Below are positions 40,709 to 49,912 of a DNA stretch of 64,000 bases, in pieces. Numbering within the stretch: the stretch's first letter is position 1; each line of letters opens with the position of its first letter. Under the pieces are notes generated by a model. That model did no database searches, was not told the DNA's origin, and saw only the letters and a list, made by a program, of their open reading frames with translations. The DNA comes from Candidatus Stercoripulliclostridium merdipullorum (GTDB taxonomy: Bacteria > Bacillota > Clostridia > Christensenellales > DTU072): NCBI GenBank assembly GCA_018713745.1, contig DVOH01000013.1, positions 13,959-77,958 of the forward strand, given 5' to 3'. The translations under genes were made by a program, and so were the position numbers.

Positions 40709-40801
40709 GCAGAGTAGACAAGATGCGTTAAGTGCCGCGGAATGGGATGTCGTCCGCGGACGAAAGGCTTAAGCCTGCGGTATCTTGTCGCGTCCGTTGC
40801 A
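40709..40801 (+). ncRNA. THF (tetrahydrofolate) riboswitch aptamer
   Basis: GCAGAGTAG...GCGTTAAGTG...GAATGGGATGTCGTC...ACGAA...GCGGT...GCGTCCGTTGCA matches the THF-I consensus. It lies upstream of a FolT-like gene, and a downstream hairpin CTCCT-GCAA-AGGAG (40834-40847) covers the RBS. Confidence 0.92.
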
Positions 40802-40855
40802 AGTGTAAATTTCTATGCACTTTCTTTAAGACGCTCCTGCAAAGGAGGTTTTTTT

Positions 40856-41392
40856 ATGTCCCGCACTTATGTTGCCAAACTCACCACGATCCGCATTGCC
40901 TATATCGCGGTCCTCGCCGCGCTCAGCGTTGTCTGCAATGTCTTTTCCATCCCGATCGGACCCAACCGCTATATTTCCTTTGCATATATCCCTTGTTTTG
41001 TCGCAGGGTTGTTTATGGGACCGGTTGCAGGGCTACTGGTCGGTCTGGTCGGGGACGTCCTGGGCGTACTGATCTTCCCGACAGGCCCCTGGATTCCGCT
41101 GATTACGTTGAGTTCGGCACTGCTCGGTTTGATCCCGGGTCTGATTTCCAAAATTCCGCGCCTCAATCCTTATCTCAAAATCGCCGTTGCGTTTGTCATC
41201 GTGTTTTTCGTCTGTACGGCGGGATTCAATACGTTGGGACTTTGGCTCACCTATGCCGCCGGCAAAAAAACGTTCTGGGTCTACCTTGCAGGGCGACTCC
41301 CCTTACAAGCGCTCGTTCTCGGAATCAACGTCGTACTGATGTATGCGCTGTATCCGGTGGCAAAACGGTTTTTGTTCGCGCGGTTTGCCTGA
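40856..41392 (+). CDS. folT: Folate-family ECF transporter S component
   Basis: AVLAALSVVCN.FSIPI...ISFAYIP..VAG..MGPVAG..VGLVGDVLG; THF riboswitch upstream. Start moved to ATG at 40856 behind AAGGAGG. Confidence 0.88.
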   Translation: MSRTYVAKLTTIRIAYIAVLAALSVVCNVFSIPIGPNRYISFAYIPCFVAGLFMGPVAGLLVGLVGDVLGVLIFPTGPWIPLITLSSALLGLIPGLISKIPRLNPYLKIAVAFVIVFFVCTAGFNTLGLWLTYAAGKKTFWVYLAGRLPLQALVLGINVVLMYALYPVAKRFLFARFA

Positions 41393-41767
41393 TTACAAAA
41401 TATTGCCGATTCTGAAACCGTACATTTCTTTCAACGCCAGCGTCGTGGCGTAAATCCGGTTGAGCAAAGCATTGGCGCTGTCGTAATCCTCGGCTTCGAC
41501 GGCGCCGATCAGTTCGCCGTAAGTGGTTTCGATTTCGTTCAGCTGAATATGCGGCAGAAACAATTCCATATACCGATGCCGCTTTTGCCACCACAAATGG
41601 GTTGCGACCACATCTTCCAGGCGATAGGTTTCGTCGGGCGAATCAAGGATTTCCTCCAGTTTTTCGCCGAAAGACTCAAACGTTTTGCGGACGAAAATCT
41701 CTTCCACGATCCCCGAAGCAAGCAGCAAGACGACGATAACGATGGCGATGGTCAGTTTATATTTCAC
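41393..41767 (-). CDS. DUF4363-family protein
   Basis: N-terminal signal or TM segment, W...HRYMELFLPHIQLNEIE, ends ..IGNIL; GTG start overlapping the DUF421 stop, the usual pairing in Clostridia. Confidence 0.7.
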   Translation of the reverse strand: MKYKLTIAIVIVVLLLASGIVEEIFVRKTFESFGEKLEEILDSPDETYRLEDVVATHLWWQKRHRYMELFLPHIQLNEIETTYGELIGAVEAEDYDSANALLNRIYATTLALKEMYGFRIGNIL

Positions 41768-42426
41768 GCTCCCACCTCCTCGACAAAAAACGCGCCTTCC
41801 TTGGGTTGGACAAACAGCTTTTTCCCCTCCGTCGTCAACAATACGATATCCTTGACATTCAACCCTTTGCGATTGAGATACGCGTCGATTTCCTCTTTTT
41901 TTCTGCCGCAAACCGAAAAATTACAGTCAATGTGCCGCCCCTCGACAATCAGTCCGACGGGGACCGACTGCGGAACGGGCGCGCCTTCGCGTTCGAGAAC
42001 CGAAACGTTGCCGTTGGTCTCGACAATGGCGTACGCAACCTGTTCGACGCTGAAGTATCCGGCATTCCGAATACTTTCGAGAAGATCGTTGACGTTCATA
42101 TTGAGTTTTTTGAGATTTTCGGAATTGATGCCGTCCCGATCGACGACAATCATCGGCTTCCCGTTCAGCACTTTGCGGAAGCGGACGGATTTGGTCGACA
42201 ACAGCGTCATAAAATAGTGCAACACAAACACCGTCAATACCGGAATCAATCCGTATACCAACGGGATCGAATTGTCTTGCATCGGCGTGCAGGCAAGTTC
42301 GGCAACCGCCAACGTGATGACAAATTCAAACGGTTGCAATTCGCCGATCTGCCGTTTGCCCATCAGGCGCAAGCCGAGCAGCAACAACAAAAATATCAGA
42401 ATGGTGCGCGTCAGAATTACCAGCAT
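41764..42426 (-). CDS. DUF421/YetF family membrane protein (spore inner-membrane type)
   Basis: LRLMGKRQIGELQPFEFVITLAVAELA, GKPMIVVDRDG...LKKL.MNVNDLLE.IR..GYF, AIVETNG..SVL. Confidence 0.88.
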   Translation of the reverse strand: MLVILTRTILIFLLLLLGLRLMGKRQIGELQPFEFVITLAVAELACTPMQDNSIPLVYGLIPVLTVFVLHYFMTLLSTKSVRFRKVLNGKPMIVVDRDGINSENLKKLNMNVNDLLESIRNAGYFSVEQVAYAIVETNGNVSVLEREGAPVPQSVPVGLIVEGRHIDCNFSVCGRKKEEIDAYLNRKGLNVKDIVLLTTEGKKLFVQPKEGAFFVEEVGA

Positions 42427-42460
42427 ACCCGTAGTATGCTGAAAGCGGAGGCAATTATCC
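42424..42460 (-). promoter_or_regulatory. sigmaG-like promoter, leaderless start of the DUF421 gene
   Basis: GGATA (42460-42456), 17 nt, CATACTA (42438-42432), CGGGT, ATG (42426); the -35 overlaps the uvrA stop codon. Confidence 0.65.
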
Positions 42461-45277
42461 CTCCAGCAAAGGCTTCAGATAGGCTCCGGTGAAACTTTGC
42501 TCGCATGCCGCAACTTCTTCCGGGGTTCCCGCCGCAACCAGCGTACCGCCGCCGTCCCCGCCCTCGGGTCCGAGATCGACGATATAATCGGCAACTTTGA
42601 CGACGTCGAGATTGTGTTCGATGACGATGACGGTATTGCCGCCGTCGGTCAGGCGTTGCAGAATGGCAATCAACTTGGCGACGTCGTGCACATGAAGCCC
42701 CGTTGTCGGTTCGTCCAGAATGTACAGAGTCTTGCCCGTACTGCGCTTGCTGAGCTCGGTCGCAAGCTTGACCCGTTGCGCTTCTCCTCCGCTTAAGGTG
42801 GTCGAGGGCTGGCCCAGTTTGATGTAACCCAGTCCTACGTCTTTCAGGCATTTGATCTTGGAATAGATCTGCGGCACGTTTTCAAAAAACACGCAGGCAT
42901 CGTCCACCGTCATTTCCAAAACGTCGTAAATATTTTTTCCTTTATAACGGACTTCGAGCGTTTCGTGATTATACCGCTTTCCGTCGCAGACTTCGCACGG
43001 AACGTAAACGTCGGGCAAAAAGTGCATTTCGATTTTGATAATCCCGTCGCCCGAACAATTTTCGCACCGTCCCCCCGCGACGTTGAAAGAAAAACGCCCC
43101 GCTTTGTATCCTCTCGCCTTGGCGTCCTGCGTCATCGCAAACAGCTCGCGGATGGGCGTAAACACGCCGGTATAAGTTGCGGGGTTACTCCGCGGCGTTC
43201 TGCCGATCGGACTTTGATCGATATTGATAATCTTGTCGAAATACTCCGAACCCTCGATGGCGTCGTACTTCCCTTTGGTCTGCGTCGCATTGTTGAGACG
43301 GTTGGCAAGCGCGGGCGACACGATTCCGTTGACCAGCGACGATTTGCCGCTGCCCGACACCCCCGTCACCGCCGTCATCAGCCCGACAGGGAAGGATACG
43401 TCGATCCCTTTGAGATTGTTCTGCCTTGCCCCCCTTACCGTCAGAAATCTGCCGTCCTGCGGTCTGCGACGGTCGGGAAGCGGAACCGATTTCCGTCCCG
43501 CAAGATAGTCCCCCGTCAAAGAGTCGGGACAAGCCATGATTTCTTCCACCGTCCCTTCGGCAACCAAATATCCGCCGTTGACCCCGGCTCCGGGTCCGAT
43601 GTCCACGATGTGATCGGCGGCACGAATGGTCTCGTCGTCATGTTCGACGACGATCAGCGTATTGCCCAGATCGCGCAGGCGCAACAAAGTATTCAGCAGT
43701 TTTCGGTTGTCGCGCTGATGCAATCCGATACTCGGCTCGTCGAGGATATACAAGACACCCGTCAGTCCGCTGCCGATTTGCGTGGCAAGGCGGATCCGTT
43801 GCGACTCACCCCCGCTCAGCGTTCCCGCCGACCGCGAAAGGGTCAGATACCCAAGCCCGACGTCGACCAAAAATCTGAGCCGCTCCCGGATTTCTTTGAC
43901 AATCGGTTCGGCAATCGTCGCTTCCCGTCGATTCAGGGACAGGTTTGCCATAAACGCCGCAAGATCGACAACGGGCATTTCCGAGAGTTCCGCGATGTTT
44001 TTGCCGCCTACCGTTACGGCAAGGACTTCCTTCTTCAGGCGTTTCCCGTGGCAGACTTCGCAAGGATAAGACGTCATCAGTCGCTCGATGTCGGCTTTGA
44101 CGGCATCCGATTGCGTTTCGTTGTAACGGCGATTGAGATTGTTGACGATCCCTTCGAATCTGCTTTCGTACTGCGCGCTCATCCGCTTGGACTCCCATCG
44201 AAGCGAAAGCGTCTCTCCTCCCGTCCCGTACAGAATGATGTGACGGATCCGCTCCGGAAGATCCTTCCAGGGCGTATCGAGAGAAAATCCGTACTTCTCG
44301 GACAGCGCGCGGAACTGCATTTCCGCCATCTTGCCGAAATCCATCAGCATCCAGCCCGAAACGCGGATGGCACCCGCCCGCAAAGACAGCTCGGGATATT
44401 TGACGACCTTATCGGGATCGACTTCGCTGCGAAAGCCCAGTCCCATACAGTTGGGACACGCCCCGTACGGCGCGTTGAACGAAAACATGCGCGGGGTCAG
44501 TTCGGGCATCGACACGTCGCAATCGGGACAGGCATATCGGGTTGAGAACAACGTTTCTTCCCCTTCGCAATCGACGGCAACCAGTCCGTCGGCAAGTTTG
44601 AGCGCGGCTTCGACGCTGTCGGTCAGTCGACGGGACATCCCCTCTTTGACGACCAGACGGTCGACTACAACCGAAATCGTATGTTTGACGTTTTTGTCCA
44701 GGTTGATTTCTTCATCGAGCGTATAAACGATCCCGTCGATTTTGACGCGCAGATATCCGCTCTTTTTCAGCGATTCCAGCTGTTTGACGTACTCGCCCTT
44801 TCTGCCGCGCACGATGGGAGCAAGCAACAAAATTTTGCTTCCCGCGGGGTAAGCCATGATTTTTTCGGTGATCTGATCGACGCTGATGCGTCTGACTTCC
44901 TTTCCGCAAATCGGACAATGCGGTATCCCAATATTGGCAAACAGGAGCCTGAAATAGTCATAAATCTCGGTCACCGTCCCGACTGTGGAACGGGGATTCT
45001 TGCTGGTCGTCTTTTGATCGATGGCAATGGCGGGCGAAAGTCCGTCGATGCTTTCGACGTTGGGTTTGTCCATCTGCCCGAGAAACTGTCTGGCATAGCT
45101 CGACAAACTTTCGATATAGCGGCGTTGACCTTCGGCAAACAGCGTGTCGAAGGCAAGCGAAGACTTGCCGCTTCCGCTCAGCCCCGTAAACACGACCAGC
45201 TTGTCGCGCGGAATCGTGACGTCGAGATTTTTGAGATTGTGTACTTTTGCACCTTTGATTACGATACGGTCTTTCAT
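42455..45277 (-). CDS. uvrA: Excinuclease ABC subunit A
   Basis: [14 protein letters not shown], zinc-finger cysteines, [37 protein letters not shown]. Confidence 0.99.
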   Translation of the reverse strand: MKDRIVIKGAKVHNLKNLDVTIPRDKLVVFTGLSGSGKSSLAFDTLFAEGQRRYIESLSSYARQFLGQMDKPNVESIDGLSPAIAIDQKTTSKNPRSTVGTVTEIYDYFRLLFANIGIPHCPICGKEVRRISVDQITEKIMAYPAGSKILLLAPIVRGRKGEYVKQLESLKKSGYLRVKIDGIVYTLDEEINLDKNVKHTISVVVDRLVVKEGMSRRLTDSVEAALKLADGLVAVDCEGEETLFSTRYACPDCDVSMPELTPRMFSFNAPYGACPNCMGLGFRSEVDPDKVVKYPELSLRAGAIRVSGWMLMDFGKMAEMQFRALSEKYGFSLDTPWKDLPERIRHIILYGTGGETLSLRWESKRMSAQYESRFEGIVNNLNRRYNETQSDAVKADIERLMTSYPCEVCHGKRLKKEVLAVTVGGKNIAELSEMPVVDLAAFMANLSLNRREATIAEPIVKEIRERLRFLVDVGLGYLTLSRSAGTLSGGESQRIRLATQIGSGLTGVLYILDEPSIGLHQRDNRKLLNTLLRLRDLGNTLIVVEHDDETIRAADHIVDIGPGAGVNGGYLVAEGTVEEIMACPDSLTGDYLAGRKSVPLPDRRRPQDGRFLTVRGARQNNLKGIDVSFPVGLMTAVTGVSGSGKSSLVNGIVSPALANRLNNATQTKGKYDAIEGSEYFDKIINIDQSPIGRTPRSNPATYTGVFTPIRELFAMTQDAKARGYKAGRFSFNVAGGRCENCSGDGIIKIEMHFLPDVYVPCEVCDGKRYNHETLEVRYKGKNIYDVLEMTVDDACVFFENVPQIYSKIKCLKDVGLGYIKLGQPSTTLSGGEAQRVKLATELSKRSTGKTLYILDEPTTGLHVHDVAKLIAILQRLTDGGNTVIVIEHNLDVVKVADYIVDLGPEGGDGGGTLVAAGTPEEVAACEQSFTGAYLKPLLEG

Positions 45278-45288
45278 AGTGATAATCT

Positions 45289-47256
45289 TTATTTTTTGTT
45301 TCGTGCGTTCTTTAATGCCGCAATGCGGTCGCGCAAGACGATCGCCGTTTCAAAATCGTACGCCGCGCTTGCCTGCGCCATCAATCCGCGCAAACGCTCG
45401 ATTTCGGCACCGATCTCACGCTTCGACAATTTTTCGCTGTCCGCTTCGGCTTTTTTGCTGATCACCAGCGTGTTGGCAATGGGTTTTACGATAGTGCGCG
45501 GCTCGATGCCGTGCAGACGGTTGTAGGCTTGTTGCTTTTCGCGACGGCGTTCGGTCTCCTCCATCGCTTCGCGCATACTGCCCGTAATCGTATCGGCATA
45601 CAGGATGACGCGGGCGTCCTTGTTGCGCGCCGCCCGCCCCACCGTCTGAATCAGCGACGTGCGCGAGCGCAAAAATCCTTCTTTGTCGGCGTCGAGGATG
45701 GCAACCAGCAATACTTCGGGGATGTCCAGCCCTTCCCGCAGCAGATTGATGCCGACGATGACGTCGATCTCCCCTTTGCGCAATTTGGTAATGATGTCGA
45801 TCCGCTCCAACGTATCGACATCGCTGTGCATATACTGCACCTTGATATGCCGCTCTTTGAGATAATCGGTCAGACTTTCCGCCATGCGCTTGGTCAGCGT
45901 AGTGACGAGAACTCTGCCGTTTTCTTCGATCGCGGTGTTGATTTCCGAAATCAGATCGTCGATCTGCCCCTCTGTTTTCCGTACGGTGATCGGAGGATCG
46001 ACCAATCCCGTCGGTCTGATGAGCTGTTCGGCTACGTTTTGCGCGCGCTCCAGTTCGTACGGAGCGGGCGTTGCGGAAACGCAGATCATCTGTTTGATCC
46101 TGTGATCGAACTCCTCAAAATTGAGCGGACGGTTGTCAAACGCCGCCGGAAGACGGAAGCCGTAGTCGACCAGATTGGTTTTGCGCGCGCGGTCGCCGTT
46201 GTACATACCGCGCACTTGGGGAAGCGTGATATGACTTTCGTCGACGAACAAGACAAAATCGTCGGGAAAATAGTCCATCAGCGTAAACGGCGGCTCGCCG
46301 GGCTTACGCCCGTCGAAATAGCGGGAATAGTTTTCGATCCCGTTGCAGTACCCCATCTCTTTGATCATTTCGAGATCGTACGATACGCGCTCGCGAATCC
46401 GTTGCGCTTCGATCAACTTGCCGCGCTCTTCGAAATACGCCACGCGTTCTTTCATATCGGCGCGGATTTGTTCGAGTGTCGCTTCGATCTTTTCGTCCCC
46501 GACAACGTAGTGCGAAGCGGGAAAAATCGCGGCGTGCTTAAGCTCGGAAAGGGTCTTGGCACTCGTGACGTCAAACTCGACAATCCGCTCGATCTCGTCG
46601 TCAAAAAACTCCACGCGCAAGGCGATCGAACTGTTGCCGGACGGAAAAATCTCCAACGCATCGCCCCGTACGCGGAAGGTCGAACGCATAAAGTCGATAT
46701 CGCTGCGTTTGTATTGCACCTTGACCAGACGGTCGATCAGCTCGTCACGCTCGATCCGATCGCCGGGACGAATGCTGACGACGTTGCGATAATACTCTTC
46801 CGGGGCACCGAGACCGTAAATACAGGAAACCGAAGCGACAACAATCACGTCGTCCCGCTCGCCGAGAGAAGACGTTGCGGAGTGGCGCAGTTTGTCGATC
46901 TCGTCATTCAGGGCGATTTCTTTTTCGATATAAGTATCGCTGCGGGGGATATAGGCTTCGGGCTGATAATAATCGTAGTAGCTGACAAAGTACTCTACGC
47001 GATTGTGCGGAAACAGCTCGCGGAATTCGTTGCAAAGCTGTGCCGCAAGCGTTTTGTTGTGGGCGATGACCAACGCGGGCTTTCCGACGTTGCGGATGAT
47101 GTTTGCCATCGTAAACGTCTTACCGCTTCCCGTCACGCCGAGCAGAACCTGGGTTCGATCCCCCCGCATAAGCCCCTCGGTCAGGCTGTCGATTGCCTGT
47201 TGCTGATCGCCGCAGGGACTGTATTCCGATTGCAGTTGAAAACGATGATGTTCCAT
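45289..47256 (-). CDS. uvrB: Excinuclease ABC subunit B
   Basis: [50 protein letters not shown]-terminal UVR domain. Confidence 0.99.
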   Translation of the reverse strand: MEHHRFQLQSEYSPCGDQQQAIDSLTEGLMRGDRTQVLLGVTGSGKTFTMANIIRNVGKPALVIAHNKTLAAQLCNEFRELFPHNRVEYFVSYYDYYQPEAYIPRSDTYIEKEIALNDEIDKLRHSATSSLGERDDVIVVASVSCIYGLGAPEEYYRNVVSIRPGDRIERDELIDRLVKVQYKRSDIDFMRSTFRVRGDALEIFPSGNSSIALRVEFFDDEIERIVEFDVTSAKTLSELKHAAIFPASHYVVGDEKIEATLEQIRADMKERVAYFEERGKLIEAQRIRERVSYDLEMIKEMGYCNGIENYSRYFDGRKPGEPPFTLMDYFPDDFVLFVDESHITLPQVRGMYNGDRARKTNLVDYGFRLPAAFDNRPLNFEEFDHRIKQMICVSATPAPYELERAQNVAEQLIRPTGLVDPPITVRKTEGQIDDLISEINTAIEENGRVLVTTLTKRMAESLTDYLKERHIKVQYMHSDVDTLERIDIITKLRKGEIDVIVGINLLREGLDIPEVLLVAILDADKEGFLRSRTSLIQTVGRAARNKDARVILYADTITGSMREAMEETERRREKQQAYNRLHGIEPRTIVKPIANTLVISKKAEADSEKLSKREIGAEIERLRGLMAQASAAYDFETAIVLRDRIAALKNARNKK

Positions 47257-47618
47257 TATCCGATGATGGCGGCAATGATGACTTTGACCAGATATCCCAG
47301 CAAAGCAAACGCTACCGTGACAATAATCCGTTTGATGATTTTGCGACGGGATTTTTTCTTCTCCCGCTCATAACCCTTCCCCTTTTCGGTAAGAACGATA
47401 CAAAAAATCTCCTTTTCGTCACGCTTGGCAACGTCAAAGGCAAAATATCCGTCGATGGCAAGTGCCTCGAGGGTCGGTTTGAGATCGTCCTCGCGAAAAT
47501 CAACGCCGTACGGAATCTTCTGCAACAACTCCAGCGGCGTCAGCAAACATTGTCCTTCCGCCCCTGCCGCCGCATATATGACGTTCATCATGACTTTTTC
47601 TTTTTTGGAAATGACCAT
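47256..47618 (-). CDS. Hypothetical membrane-anchored winged-helix-like protein (second of a pair)
   Basis: [10 protein letters not shown]...FCIVLTEKG, then a basic stretch and a C-terminal TM helix; RBS GAGG; stop overlaps the uvrB start (TAATG). Confidence 0.7.
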   Translation of the reverse strand: MVISKKEKVMMNVIYAAAGAEGQCLLTPLELLQKIPYGVDFREDDLKPTLEALAIDGYFAFDVAKRDEKEIFCIVLTEKGKGYEREKKKSRRKIIKRIIVTVAFALLGYLVKVIIAAIIG

Positions 47619-47627
47619 AGACGCCTC

Positions 47628-48014
47628 TTATGCCAGCTGACCGATCAGAAATACGGCAAGCCCGATCAGTCCGCTCCCGAGCAACGCACCGAAAAACGCC
47701 GCCCAAAAAGAAGTTTTTGCCATGCGTTTGTAGTCAATCCGCACATTGATTGCGGTATCGGTAATCTTGTTGCGCTCGGTCTCGACCAACAATTTGCCCT
47801 TCGGCGTCACGGCAATGCAATACTCGGCGGCGCTCCGATACTTGATTGTCACCAGCCCCGTCAGGCTGAGATCGCGGAGTGCGTCGTCGACTTCGGCGTC
47901 GCCCGCCCCCGCAGGCAGTGCTTCTGCCATACGGGATTTGGAGATCACGACGGCGCCGCCGTCGGGTGCGGCGTCGGTCAGAAGTCCCAATAAAAGATTG
48001 CCGTAAGGATTCAT
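47628..48014 (-). CDS. Hypothetical membrane-anchored winged-helix-like protein (first of a pair)
   Basis: LRDLSLTGLV...YCIAVTPKG, then a C-terminal TM helix FWAAFFGALLGSGLIGLAVFLI. Start moved to ATG at 48014. Confidence 0.7.
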   Translation of the reverse strand: MNPYGNLLLGLLTDAAPDGGAVVISKSRMAEALPAGAGDAEVDDALRDLSLTGLVTIKYRSAAEYCIAVTPKGKLLVETERNKITDTAINVRIDYKRMAKTSFWAAFFGALLGSGLIGLAVFLIGQLA

Positions 48015-48049
48015 ACCGATATTATAGCACACGCGCCGATTTCCGTCAA
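48012..48049 (-). promoter_or_regulatory. sigmaA promoter (leaderless) of the wHTH-wHTH-uvrB-uvrA operon
   Basis: TTGACG (48049-48044), 17 nt, TGcTATAAT (48026-48021), ATCGGT, ATG. Confidence 0.8.
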
Positions 48050-48053
48050 TCGA

Positions 48054-48067
48054 CGAACAAATGTTCG
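48054..48067. promoter_or_regulatory. LexA (SOS/Cheo) box
   Basis: CGAAC-AAAT-GTTCG, an exact fit to the Firmicute consensus CGAACRNRYGTTCG, 4 nt upstream of the -35. Confidence 0.88.
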
Positions 48068-48115
48068 GCGGCAGTGACAAATTTCGATTCTACCCCCAAA
48101 CCTTCCCCCGTTTGC

Positions 48116-48144
48116 TTGTCGCACAGCCCCATTCGTGCTATAAT
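48116..48144 (+). promoter_or_regulatory. sigmaA promoter of the acyl-CoA synthetase
   Basis: TTGTCG (48116-48121), 17 nt, TGcTATAAT (TATAAT 48139-48144). Confidence 0.7.
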
Positions 48145-48171
48145 ATTCGATAACGCAAAAGGAGAACCGCT

Positions 48172-49833
48172 ATGAATCTGTTGCACAAATATCTCAACCG
48201 TACCGATTTCAAAGACTACCGTGACTTTGCCGACAACGTCAAGCTCAATCACGTCGATCAGTTTAACTTCGGATACGACGTTGTAGACGAATATGCACGG
48301 ATCGCCCCCGAAAAACGCGCCCTCGTTTGGTGCGACAAACACGGGGAGGAGCGCATTTTTACCTTTGCCGACATCTCGAAAGAATCCAACAAAATCGCCA
48401 ATATGCTGCGGGCGAAGGGACTGAAAAAAGGCGACTTCGTCATGACGATGCTCAACCGCCGCTACGAATACTATCTCGTCTGTGTCGCTTGTTGCAAACT
48501 GGGTCTGACCCTGATCCCCGCGACCTACCTTTTGACCGAAAAAGACATCGAATACCGTTGCAACAATGCCGAAGTCAAGGCGTTGTTCTGCATCAACGAG
48601 GACGAAGTCATCGAATACGTCAATCGCGCCACCCCTTATTGCACCACGTTGCTATATCGCTTCACCGTCGGAACGCGCGATGGATTCCTCGATCTGCATG
48701 CCGAATACGAAGGGTGTTCCGACGTCCTCGATTTGCCCCTTTCCGAGCGTCCCGCTCTCGGCGATACCATGTTGGTGTATTTCACCTCGGGGACAACCGG
48801 CTATCCCAAAATGGTAGCGCACGACTTCAAATACCCCTTGGGGCACATTATGACGGCGTATTTCTGGCAAGCCGTCGTCGACGACGGGCTGCACTTTACC
48901 TCTGCCGAATCGGGCTGGGCTAAATTCAGCTGGGGCAAAATTTACGGGCAATGGCTCTCGGGCAGCGCGGTATTCTGCTACGATTATTACGGACGCTTCA
49001 CGCCGACCGATCTCCTGCCGCTGATCGGCAAATACGGGATCACCTCGTTCTGCGCGCCCCCCACGATCTACCGCTTCCTGATCCGCGAAGACCTGTCGAA
49101 ATACGACTTCTCCTCCCTGGTCAGCTGTACGACGGCGGGCGAACCCCTGAACGCCGAAGTGTCCCGTCAGTTCTACAAAGCAACGGGACTGACCATCCGC
49201 GAAGGATTCGGACAGACCGAAAGCGCGGTCATTCTGGCAACGTTCCGCTATTGCAAGGCGGTTCCCGGCAGCACGGGACTTCCCTGCCCGATCTACGACC
49301 TCGTCCTCTTGGACGACAACGACGAAGTCGTAACCGGAACCGACTCGGTCGGAGAAATCTGCATCCGACTCAGCAACGATCAATTTGGGCTTCTGCACGG
49401 CTATCATAAGGATCCCGAACGCACACAAAACGCACTCGGCACCGGCTACTATCATACGGGCGATCTGGCGACGAAAGACAGCGAAGGCTACTTCTGGTTT
49501 GTCGGCAGAAAGGACGATATCATCAAGTCCAGCGGCTACCGCATCGGACCGTTTGAAGTCGAAAGCGCGCTTCAGGAACATCCTGCCGTACTCGAATGCG
49601 CCATTACGGGCGTACCCGATCCCCTGCGCGGACAGATCGTCAAGGCAACGATCATCCTTAACAAAGGATACGAGCCGAGCGACGAGCTGGTCAAGGAACT
49701 GCAAAATCACGTCAAACACGCAACCGCGCCATACAAATACCCCCGCGTCATCGAATTCGTCAAAGAACTTCCCAAGACGATCAGCGGAAAGATCAAACGT
49801 ACCGATATCCGCAAGCAGGACAAAAAGGCCTAA
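48172..49833 (+). CDS. AMP-forming acyl-CoA synthetase (short/medium-chain)
   Basis: YFTSGTTGYPKMV, TAGEPLN, EGFGQTES, YHTGD, FVGRKDDIIKSSGYRIGPFEVES, PKTISGKIKR. Confidence 0.93.
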   Translation: MNLLHKYLNRTDFKDYRDFADNVKLNHVDQFNFGYDVVDEYARIAPEKRALVWCDKHGEERIFTFADISKESNKIANMLRAKGLKKGDFVMTMLNRRYEYYLVCVACCKLGLTLIPATYLLTEKDIEYRCNNAEVKALFCINEDEVIEYVNRATPYCTTLLYRFTVGTRDGFLDLHAEYEGCSDVLDLPLSERPALGDTMLVYFTSGTTGYPKMVAHDFKYPLGHIMTAYFWQAVVDDGLHFTSAESGWAKFSWGKIYGQWLSGSAVFCYDYYGRFTPTDLLPLIGKYGITSFCAPPTIYRFLIREDLSKYDFSSLVSCTTAGEPLNAEVSRQFYKATGLTIREGFGQTESAVILATFRYCKAVPGSTGLPCPIYDLVLLDDNDEVVTGTDSVGEICIRLSNDQFGLLHGYHKDPERTQNALGTGYYHTGDLATKDSEGYFWFVGRKDDIIKSSGYRIGPFEVESALQEHPAVLECAITGVPDPLRGQIVKATIILNKGYEPSDELVKELQNHVKHATAPYKYPRVIEFVKELPKTISGKIKRTDIRKQDKKA

Positions 49834-49864
49834 CGACCGTTGCTTGCAACAAACATCGTGACAT

Positions 49865-49894
49865 AAAAAAGCACCCCGGTTAGGGTGCTTTTTT
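49865..49894. terminator. Bidirectional terminator between the acyl-CoA synthetase and hom
   Basis: AAAAAAGCACCC-CGGTTA-GGGTGCTTTTTT. Confidence 0.9.
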
Positions 49895-49912
49895 GATCGG
49901 TTCGGAAGCAGG

